From a virus (Duplodnaviria; Caudoviricetes): a stretch of 64,000 nt of DNA. Below, piece by piece: positions 56,913-64,000 of this stretch (the first letter of the stretch is position 1; every line of letters begins with the position of its first letter). The notes beneath the pieces were generated by a model. The model had not been told where the DNA came from. It worked only from the letters and a program-made list of their open reading frames with translations, and made no database searches. The stretch covers positions 1,895 to 65,894 of IMG/VR virus record IMGVR_UViG_3300007609_000017; one strand, given 5' to 3'. The position numbers and the translations under genes are program-made.

Positions 56913-57488
56913 ATGATAGCATTTGCCTTAGGAAATGGCCGCAGCAGACTGGATATTGATTTTAAAAAATTAAAATCTGCAGGCACAGTGTTTGGTTGTA
57001 ATGCATTGTACAGAGACTATTATCCAGATGTGCTGATTAGTACCGATCCTCCAATCAGTGAAGAAATACAGCACAGCGGCTATAGCCAATCAAACACGCA
57101 CTACACTAGACAGCCGTTGCATCGCAGTGGCGCAAAACAAATAGATGATGTTTGCAAAGGATGGAGTTCGGGTCCTATTGCTGTGAGATATGCAAGCAAG
57201 CAACACCATCAAGTTTATCTTATTGGCTTTGATCTATCCAGCCCTGATGACAAAATAAACAATGTGTATGCTGGATCCGAATGCTATCGTCCTCCGGACA
57301 GTGATATTACCTACTACGGAAACTGGGTAGGGCAAATATGTAAAGTGTGGCGTGAGTTTCCACGTGTGAAGTTTACTAGAGTAACAACCTGGTACACTGA
57401 CACACCAAAAGAATGGTCCAACTACGAAAACTACTCCGAAGTAGACATAAACGAGTTTACCTCTTGGCTAAATAAACAAATACAATAG
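56913..57488 (+). CDS. Maf/DUF115/CstII-like glycosyltransferase-fold protein
   Basis: ALGNGRSR, FGCNALYRD, SSGPIA, VYLIGFDL motifs; ATG 56913 lies 5 nt after CGTAAATA (56900-56907). Confidence 0.6.
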   Translation: MIAFALGNGRSRLDIDFKKLKSAGTVFGCNALYRDYYPDVLISTDPPISEEIQHSGYSQSNTHYTRQPLHRSGAKQIDDVCKGWSSGPIAVRYASKQHHQVYLIGFDLSSPDDKINNVYAGSECYRPPDSDITYYGNWVGQICKVWREFPRVKFTRVTTWYTDTPKEWSNYENYSEVDINEFTSWLNKQIQ

Positions 57489-57497
57489 GATAAAACA

Positions 57498-58130
57498 ATG
57501 TCAAGAACTATTAGAGCTGACAATATTACACTAGACGGCAATGTAACCATCACAGGTCAAACCACTCTGGGCAATATCGAAGAAGTCACAGTTCAGCAAA
57601 CACTAATCGAAGACAACTTTATTACTCTCAACAGAGGTGGCGGCAGTGCAAGTGGCATTACTCCTACTGATCCTGTTGATGGAGTACCTGCAGCAGGCAT
57701 AGAAGTTGACAGAGGCGATCTTACAAATGCAAAATTAAGATACAACGAATCAGACGATCGCTGGGAAATTTCCAATGACGGAGTAAACTTTCTGGCAATT
57801 TCCGGCACCACTGGCGGTAGTGGACTAGAAAATGTAGTAGAAGATTTGTCACCACAACTAGGCGGTGATTTAGATGTTAACGGCCAAGACATTGTTAGTG
57901 TAACAAATGGCGATATTAGATTAGTTCCCGATGGTACAGGCAAACTCATACTCAACACATATGTAAGATTAGAAGAGGTTGCAAGTGCACCTAGTATGGC
58001 TGCCGGGTATGCTACTGTTTATGCGGACACAGTGAGCAGCGGTGGCAGTGGTGTATATGTGAGCAATACTTTAGGACAAGATGAATTAACTACTAAAAGA
58101 AAGGCAATTGCTTTTAGTATAGTATTTTGA
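57498..58130 (+). CDS. Virion structural/fibre protein
   Basis: IEDNFITLN..AGIEVDRG..YNESDDRW and DLSPQLGGDLDVNG fibre motifs; late promoter GCTAAATA at 57467-57474. Confidence 0.7.
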   Translation: MSRTIRADNITLDGNVTITGQTTLGNIEEVTVQQTLIEDNFITLNRGGGSASGITPTDPVDGVPAAGIEVDRGDLTNAKLRYNESDDRWEISNDGVNFLAISGTTGGSGLENVVEDLSPQLGGDLDVNGQDIVSVTNGDIRLVPDGTGKLILNTYVRLEEVASAPSMAAGYATVYADTVSSGGSGVYVSNTLGQDELTTKRKAIAFSIVF

Positions 58131-58138
58131 GGTAAAAA

Positions 58139-58450
58139 ATGGCAATTCAACAGACAACTTTAACAACTAGCCCTCAGTCAGTGTTTACTGCAAGCGCAGA
58201 TACTGCTGTTACTATTGTAAACTTTTGCAATACAGCAAGCAGCATAGACACTGCTTTTGATTTTTATGTAATTCCGAGCGGTGAAAGTGCCGGCTCTGGC
58301 ACACAAGTTTTAAATCAAGTAGAGCTAACGCAAACCAATACGTATGTGATTGATAGTGAGAGGTTTATTTTAGAATCAGGTGATGCATTGTTTGCATCTG
58401 CAAACAATGACGGAATTGTAACTGTTACAGTCAGTACAATAGGATTGTAA
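58139..58450 (+). CDS. Small virion structural protein (putative)
   Basis: 103 aa, beta-rich (FILESGD); GAGG SD; in the late operon. Confidence 0.6.
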   Translation: MAIQQTTLTTSPQSVFTASADTAVTIVNFCNTASSIDTAFDFYVIPSGESAGSGTQVLNQVELTQTNTYVIDSERFILESGDALFASANNDGIVTVTVSTIGL

Positions 58451-58451
58451 T

Positions 58452-58862
58452 ATGGGCAGATATATAAAAGTGCCACTGGCAACACAAACCACAGACGGCG
58501 TTGTAGTTCCTGTTGGTTCAACAGTACAACGTCCGCCTACACCCGGTACAGGAACACTGAGATTCAACACTGACAGCAATGTATTAGAAGTTTTTAATGG
58601 TGTAGAATTCAAAAACGTTACCAAACAAGGCACTGTTAATATCACCAAAGACACTTTTACAGGTGACGGCAGTACCACAGATTATGATCTTAGTTTAGCA
58701 CCTAGTGCAGCAGAAAACATCATAGTATTTGTAGGAAACGTGTTTCAAATATCTGGCACAAACTACACAATATCAGGCACAACTATAACATTTACCAGTC
58801 CTCCGCCAGACACTCATACCGTTGTGGTTCTTCACGGGTTTGACAGTACTGTGGTAGATTAA
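58452..58862 (+). CDS. Virion structural protein with GDGSTT module
   Basis: VPVGSTVQRP..GTLRFNTD..EVFNG plus FTGDGSTTDYDL module. Confidence 0.7.
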   Translation: MGRYIKVPLATQTTDGVVVPVGSTVQRPPTPGTGTLRFNTDSNVLEVFNGVEFKNVTKQGTVNITKDTFTGDGSTTDYDLSLAPSAAENIIVFVGNVFQISGTNYTISGTTITFTSPPPDTHTVVVLHGFDSTVVD

Positions 58863-58868
58863 TCACAG

Positions 58869-58876
58869 TATAAATA
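58869..58876 (+). promoter_or_regulatory. Late promoter TATAAATA
   Basis: Exact T4 late consensus upstream of ATG 58932. Confidence 0.8.
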
Positions 58877-58931
58877 ATAATACAGACCCAGGCACACCCG
58901 GGATAGAACAGTGGTGTAGGAGAACAACACT

Positions 58932-60908
58932 ATGGCAATTGGCCGTATTAGTGGTGCTATGCTTAAGAGCAATCTCTTAAGACAAGGCACTGATTTAGCA
59001 TTTGAAACAAATTTATTATATGTTGATGTAAACAATGGTCGCATTGGCATAAACACAGACACCCCATCCTCTTCACTGCACGTTGATAATGTAACTGTGC
59101 AATCAAACCAAATTAGAAGTACCACAGGCACATTAGACCTAGGTGATGATGCTGCAAACATCAGCATTGGTGGCGGTGCTGAAAATTATGTACTCAGCAC
59201 AGATGGCAATGGAAATATCGCTTGGAATAGTCTTAGTAGTTTGTCACCTGGTAGTTTAACAGGAATGGACATTGTGTTAAGCACGCCCACAGACGGTGAT
59301 CTTGGTGGGAATGTAGCAGTAGAACTCGAAACCACTACCAAAGTAACCGATGCGATAGATACACTCAATGAAGTACTCGGCAAGTTGGTTCCAACTGCAC
59401 CTGGAGATTTTCCACGCAGTCAAACCTTGTCTATATCAAGCACAAGCACATACCGAATGTGTGATTTCGTTCAAACAGACAATACAGACACTGGCGGAGC
59501 GAGTGTAGCAGGTGGCACAACAGTGTCTACTGTAAGACGCAGTGCAAGTTATTCTACAAACACAATATCTGACAGCGGGCCCGGTAATAGAGGCAATGTT
59601 AGTGTGTATGTAAATGGAGTCAGCACCGGCACTGTGCAATTAGACAATGATTCCAACAATGGCAATACTAGCGATTTAGTGATCAGTGATAATGTGGACT
59701 ACGGTACAAAAACTGGCGATGCACTAGGTTTTTGGCAGAGCTTTGATACTAAAGCAACAGGTAGTGTGAGTGCTGGCTGGAACGAAGTTTACATCGAACA
59801 CGACCAAGCCAGCAATACAAATACAGCCGTTTGGTATTATGATGCTAGTTCACCGGGCACACCTCAAATTTCAAACACAGTTTTTACTGTTGACAACGAA
59901 GACTTGAGTTATAGCAGTAGTGTTCCGCATTACACAAGCAACACAACTTGGGATATTAGTTTTGACGTCAACCGATTGTCAGGAGATATGTATCCAACAA
60001 GCAACACATTTGTATCAGGAAGTGCCGGGGGTGCATTCAGTGCTCCTAGCAGTGTTACATACTCTGGTGCAAGCATAACCACACCTTTGGCAAGAAATTT
60101 ATATGTAGCTTCAGGATCAGCAAGCGTTACAACCAGTGTTAGTGTACGTAGCGGCCACGGCAGTAGCAACGGCAGCCCTAGTGTAAATGTACAAAACAGC
60201 TATGCTACTGGCACTGGGTCGCTAGATCCAAGTGCAACAGTGTTGTATATGACGGGTGCTAGCACCGGTGTTGTTGACGAAGACAATATAGAGGTTAGCA
60301 ATGTTGGCGGCGGAAGTGGAAATGCAATTAGAGTAAGTGGCACTGGTACAGGAGATACACCTGACCTGAGTGGAGCTACAATCAGCGCCTGGAACGGCGA
60401 AAACACTATATTAGAAACCTACGAAGCAACAGTGGTTGCCGGAGCTGCCAGACACGATACTACAGATTACAGCACAGCTTATTTGCCAGTTGGACCAGAT
60501 CTAAGCACAGGAAGAACCGGCTCGCAGTATCTTACATTTAGATTTGCAAGAACCACTGTAAGCAAGTTTGATATTCAGTATAGCGGAAAGATCACAGGAT
60601 GTCAAGTTGCAATGCCTGGCACGGAATTAGACAACACTAGCAGTGCAAATGGATGGATTGATCCAACCAGCGAATATGCAGGATCTGGTATTCCAGGAGA
60701 CAACAACACAGGTACAAACAGTGGAGATTTAGGGTGTGCTATTGGTGGTGTAATGTCCACAGGCAGTACAGTAAACAATCAAAGAACCACTGTAACATTT
60801 GGCACAGAAAGCAGCACCAATAGCACAAATAACTTTATATATGTAAGATTCAAACTGGAAGACGGTGACAGTATTACCAGTCTACAATTCCGGGAGGCTA
60901 GCAACTAA
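58932..60908 (+). CDS. Virion fibre/decoration protein
   Basis: MAIGRISG..GRIGINT..LHV, YVLSTDGNGNIAW; Ser/Thr/Gly-rich. Confidence 0.7.
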   Translation: MAIGRISGAMLKSNLLRQGTDLAFETNLLYVDVNNGRIGINTDTPSSSLHVDNVTVQSNQIRSTTGTLDLGDDAANISIGGGAENYVLSTDGNGNIAWNSLSSLSPGSLTGMDIVLSTPTDGDLGGNVAVELETTTKVTDAIDTLNEVLGKLVPTAPGDFPRSQTLSISSTSTYRMCDFVQTDNTDTGGASVAGGTTVSTVRRSASYSTNTISDSGPGNRGNVSVYVNGVSTGTVQLDNDSNNGNTSDLVISDNVDYGTKTGDALGFWQSFDTKATGSVSAGWNEVYIEHDQASNTNTAVWYYDASSPGTPQISNTVFTVDNEDLSYSSSVPHYTSNTTWDISFDVNRLSGDMYPTSNTFVSGSAGGAFSAPSSVTYSGASITTPLARNLYVASGSASVTTSVSVRSGHGSSNGSPSVNVQNSYATGTGSLDPSATVLYMTGASTGVVDEDNIEVSNVGGGSGNAIRVSGTGTGDTPDLSGATISAWNGENTILETYEATVVAGAARHDTTDYSTAYLPVGPDLSTGRTGSQYLTFRFARTTVSKFDIQYSGKITGCQVAMPGTELDNTSSANGWIDPTSEYAGSGIPGDNNTGTNSGDLGCAIGGVMSTGSTVNNQRTTVTFGTESSTNSTNNFIYVRFKLEDGDSITSLQFREASN

Positions 60909-62242
60909 TGGCAATCAGCACCGAACAGAAACTAGACTTCTTGTTTAAAAAATTGTTGTTTGGTAAAACCAAGTCAGACACACAAGAAAACAAATCGCCT
61001 TCAAACGAAGCAATAGCCAGTCCACTGTTGGTGCGTGGCGACAGAGTTTGGAAGCAGAGCAGTGACATACCGGCTACACCGCCTAGCAGTAATACAAGTG
61101 TGATAACAGTCTACAACGATGACGGCGGCAACACTGTAGAAACCACCGAAGATACAACCAGCACCGACAACCGAACGTGGACCACTGGGTTAGCAGATTG
61201 GATACCCACAGAGTTTGGACCACAATACATTGTAAAAGTATACATCGACGATCCAGGTAGTTCCAGTGCAGAAACTACTGGTACTAGAATTTTTCCAGAC
61301 GGGTCAGGCGGTAGTGACAGCTTTATTTTTGATTATCAAGCAGGTGTTTTGCATTTTCCAGATTCTAATGTGCCCAGTGCTATCACAGGATCAAAAGTTC
61401 CTTATGTTGTAGGCTATAGATACACGGGCGAGTTTGGAGTTGGCGCAGCTTCTGGCGAAGATACACAGTTTGGTAATCTTGAAGTTAGCGACACAACAAT
61501 TTCAACAGTGGTCAGTGGTGCTGACATAGTATTAAATCCAACCAGTGGCGGCAAAGTTATTGTAGACAGTGTCGAAGGTATGTTATTGCCGGATGGTACA
61601 ACCAGTGATAGAAGTGTAACCCCAAGTGCAGGGGAAATACGATTTAACACTACAAACAGCACAGTAGAATTTTACAATGGCGAAGATTGGAAAAGTGTTG
61701 GTACACAGACAAATCTATCTGTAGACACCTTTACAGGAGATGGCAGTACAACAGATTTTACTCTAAGTCAAGAAACTTCAGATGCAGGTGTTATAGTTAG
61801 TATTAATGGTGTACTTCAGCACGATTCTAGTTATTCTGTTACAGGAACTACACTTTCTATGACAGAACCTGTGGCACAGGACGACACACTAGAAGCAAGA
61901 ATCATCAGTACAATCGAGCACATTGAATATACAGTCGATTATAGTGATATTCAAAACAAACCCAATTTAGCAACCGAAACTTATGTAGATAATCAAATAG
62001 CCAATGTTGATACAAGTATATCTTCAGGAGATATAACCACAGCATTAGGATTTACACCAGGAATGCAAGGTCAATTACCAGTTTACACAGTTGCAGAAGC
62101 AAACTCCTTGTCACCTACACCCGAAGATGGTGCTATTGCTTATATTTCTAACGGTTCTGCTGGAAATCCTTGCTTATCAATATACAGTCAAGGCAACTGG
62201 AAAGTTGTTAATTTATTAGCTGGTAATATAAGTGCTACATAA
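60908..62242 (+). CDS. Virion fibre/decoration protein
   Basis: LPDGTTSDR..GEIRFNT..EFYNGEDW, FTGDGSTTDFTL..VSINGVLQ, LATETYVD, ALGFTP; TAATG coupling. Confidence 0.7.
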   Translation: MAISTEQKLDFLFKKLLFGKTKSDTQENKSPSNEAIASPLLVRGDRVWKQSSDIPATPPSSNTSVITVYNDDGGNTVETTEDTTSTDNRTWTTGLADWIPTEFGPQYIVKVYIDDPGSSSAETTGTRIFPDGSGGSDSFIFDYQAGVLHFPDSNVPSAITGSKVPYVVGYRYTGEFGVGAASGEDTQFGNLEVSDTTISTVVSGADIVLNPTSGGKVIVDSVEGMLLPDGTTSDRSVTPSAGEIRFNTTNSTVEFYNGEDWKSVGTQTNLSVDTFTGDGSTTDFTLSQETSDAGVIVSINGVLQHDSSYSVTGTTLSMTEPVAQDDTLEARIISTIEHIEYTVDYSDIQNKPNLATETYVDNQIANVDTSISSGDITTALGFTPGMQGQLPVYTVAEANSLSPTPEDGAIAYISNGSAGNPCLSIYSQGNWKVVNLLAGNISAT

Positions 62243-62245
62243 ATA
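62238..62245 (+). promoter_or_regulatory. Late promoter CATAAATA
   Basis: TAAATA core overlapping the previous stop, upstream of ATG 62279. Confidence 0.6.
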
Positions 62246-62278
62246 ATCTACTAGTATTTTCAACCTATAGGACCTATT

Positions 62279-63025
62279 ATGGACATCTCTCAAGAAAAAG
62301 CCAATGAAATTATTGCACGCAGTCACGTGCATATATGTGTTCCTTGTTATGGCGGTATGGTTACAGAAGCAGTGATGAGCTCGCTTCTAAAATTTCAATT
62401 GATGGCAAGACAAGTAGGATTAAACTACACCATTGATACAATGATCAATGAAAGTCTTGTGACAAGAGCTAGAAACAATCTAGCCGCTAAGTTTCTCAGC
62501 AACAAGAATGCAACTCATCTCTTTTTTATCGACAGTGATATTAAATTTGAAGCAGGCGAAATAATCAAACTTGTGTTGCGTGACAAAGATATTGTAGGTG
62601 GTGCTTATCCTGCCAAAAAAGAACCTCCTTTTTATGTGTTAAACAAAGTAGCAGAACCTGAAATCGAAGGTGATCTATATGAAGTACGTCATTTAGGCAC
62701 TGGGTTTTTGATGATCAAGCGTGCGGTTTTTGACAAGCTGATTGAAGTTATGCCGGAAACCAAGTACAAAGACAGCTTAAACTTGGGATCAACTCCAGAC
62801 GGTGATCCTTATGAAAATTGGATGTATAACCTGTTTGATGTGGTAGTAGACGACAAAGGACATTTGTTAAGCGAAGACTGGGTTTTCTGCGATAGAGCCA
62901 GAGAACAAGGATTCAAAGTGTGGTGCGATACCACTATTCTACTACATCACGTAGGATATCACACCTTCAACGGCAGTATTGAAAAACTGAAAAAAACCAT
63001 CACCGAGCACAAAAAATCTTCCTAA
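62279..63025 (+). CDS. GT2-like glycosyltransferase
   Basis: ICVPCYGG, SLVTRARN, THLFFIDSDI (DxD), GTGFLMIKR, LSEDWVFC, HVG. Confidence 0.8.
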   Translation: MDISQEKANEIIARSHVHICVPCYGGMVTEAVMSSLLKFQLMARQVGLNYTIDTMINESLVTRARNNLAAKFLSNKNATHLFFIDSDIKFEAGEIIKLVLRDKDIVGGAYPAKKEPPFYVLNKVAEPEIEGDLYEVRHLGTGFLMIKRAVFDKLIEVMPETKYKDSLNLGSTPDGDPYENWMYNLFDVVVDDKGHLLSEDWVFCDRAREQGFKVWCDTTILLHHVGYHTFNGSIEKLKKTITEHKKSS

Positions 63026-63109
63026 TTTGATCATAAATACAATCGGTACACAGTTGCCGATTGTTTCCTTTCAATATAGTACCTACCCACACAAAAAACA
63101 AGCTCGCTC

Positions 63110-63117
63110 AATAAATA
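63110..63117 (+). promoter_or_regulatory. Late promoter AATAAATA (a second candidate, CATAAATA, at 63032-63039)
   Basis: TAAATA cores in the gap before ATG 63240. Confidence 0.55.
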
Positions 63118-63239
63118 CATTGTATTTGCCTAGATAATCAAAATGTCGACAATTATTTGGATCAATGGCAAATACAAAAAAAACAATACAAAGACAAAAC
63201 TTTGTATAAGCATGCTTATATTGAGGAGCAAAATATAAA

Positions 63240-64000
63240 ATGGCAATTACTCGTATTAATACCGATCAGATTACTGATCTTGCGGTTACTACAGCCAAAA
63301 TAGCAGCCAAAAACATAACTAGCGCAAAGCTAGAAGATAATCTAAGTTATGGCAGTAACCTTACGATCACTGGTAATCTAACAGTACAAGGTACTACAAC
63401 AGCAGTTGACAGTACCAACCTAACAGTAGAAGATCCAATTCTTGTGCTAAACAGCGGCGCAAGCACTGGTACACAAGATACAGGTATCTTGATTGAACGT
63501 GGTTCAGATGACAGCTATGCTCTTATCTGGGACGAAAGCGAAGACAAGTTTGTGTTTGCAAACGTTGGTTCTGAAGATGGAACTACAGCAGGTAACATCA
63601 CAGTTGGCAGCAATGCTGACGTAGTAATGGGCAACCTAGAAGCTGCAGGGATCACAATAAGTGGCGACCTAACAGCTAATGCAATCACAGCTAACACTAG
63701 TACTACTACAAACACACTAACAGTGAACACTACCAGCACATTTAGTGGTGACATTGATCTAAACGCAAACATTGACGTGAGCGGAAATGCAGTAGCAGAT
63801 GCACTAACAGTTAATAACGCTGGCACAATTGGTGGAACGCTAACAGCTAACGCTTTAGTTGTTAACACTACAGCTACTATCGAAGGTGATGTTACAGCCA
63901 ATGCTAACGCTACAGTAGCAGGTACACTAGACGTAACTGGTGCAGCTACATTTGCTAGCACAGCAGTTATCGAAGGTGATGTTACAGCCAATGCTAACGC
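63240..64000 (+). CDS. Long fibre-like structural protein (runs off the window)
   Basis: Not in ORF track; hand translation MAITRINTDQITDLAVTTAKIA..GNLTVQGTTT..VEDPILVLN..GILIERG..WDESEDKF; GAGGAG SD at 63223-63228. Confidence 0.85.
   Translation, partial: MAITRINTDQITDLAVTTAKIAAKNITSAKLEDNLSYGSNLTITGNLTVQGTTTAVDSTNLTVEDPILVLNSGASTGTQDTGILIERGSDDSYALIWDESEDKFVFANVGSEDGTTAGNITVGSNADVVMGNLEAAGITISGDLTANAITANTSTTTNTLTVNTTSTFSGDIDLNANIDVSGNAVADALTVNNAGTIGGTLTANALVVNTTATIEGDVTANANATVAGTLDVTGAATFASTAVIEGDVTANAN
63878..64000 (+). repeat. Exact direct repeat (33 nt or more, 90-nt period) within the fibre gene
   Basis: TATCGAAGGTGATGTTACAGCCAATGCTAACGC at 63878-63910 and 63968-64000 (IEGDVTANAN). 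Confidence 0.85.

Noticed and set aside
58640-61770. DNA similarity between FTGDGSTTD modules in the 58452 and 60908 genes as a recombination cassette
   Set aside because: Short, with several synonymous differences; explained by a shared protein module.
349-63991. Many 60-230-aa ORFs antisense to or nested in long genes (e.g. 31461-32147, 48891-49538, 56092-56541, 63515-63991)
   Set aside because: Shadow ORFs of real genes with no SD or recognisable motifs.
1-64000. CRISPR array, integrase, transposase, homing endonuclease or intein
   Set aside because: No repeat-spacer array or diagnostic motifs seen; gp46, gp47, gp20 and gp23 appear uninterrupted.
1-64000. Alternative genetic code (stop codon reassignment)
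   Set aside because: Standard code gives full-length dense ORFs, including a 4295-aa protein.

Overview
The window is part of a large T4-like myovirus genome (Caudoviricetes) with no cellular genes. Left to right it contains: (i) 1-8189 (-), a sigma70-type operon of at least four tandem N-terminal-twitch radical SAM paralogues and three glycosyltransferase-like genes; (ii) 8274-36841 (-), a late tail-fibre/baseplate module with a 4295-aa giant protein and gp6, gp25, PAAR, gp5, hub, gp53 and gp48/54-like genes; (iii) 36918-47011 (+), gp55 late sigma factor, gp47/gp46, a Holliday junction resolvase and an Hc1-like protein, interleaved with AT-rich SDR, radical SAM and GT-like genes; (iv) a ~480-nt ORF-free, densely base-paired segment (47012-47493) that looks like a large ncRNA behind a late promoter; (v) a gp26/gp51-like pair joined by a U_UUU_UUC -1 frameshift site, head-to-head with a tape-measure-like gene; (vi) the gp20-21-22-23 head module, followed by fibre/decoration genes and two more GT-like genes. 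The best novelty candidates are the structured ncRNA, the 7 radical SAM plus ~6 GT-like modification arsenal, the G/GT-like frameshift, and six period-5 aromatic motifs in the giant baseplate protein. All calls rest on motif recognition and synteny by eye; no database search or folding program was run.
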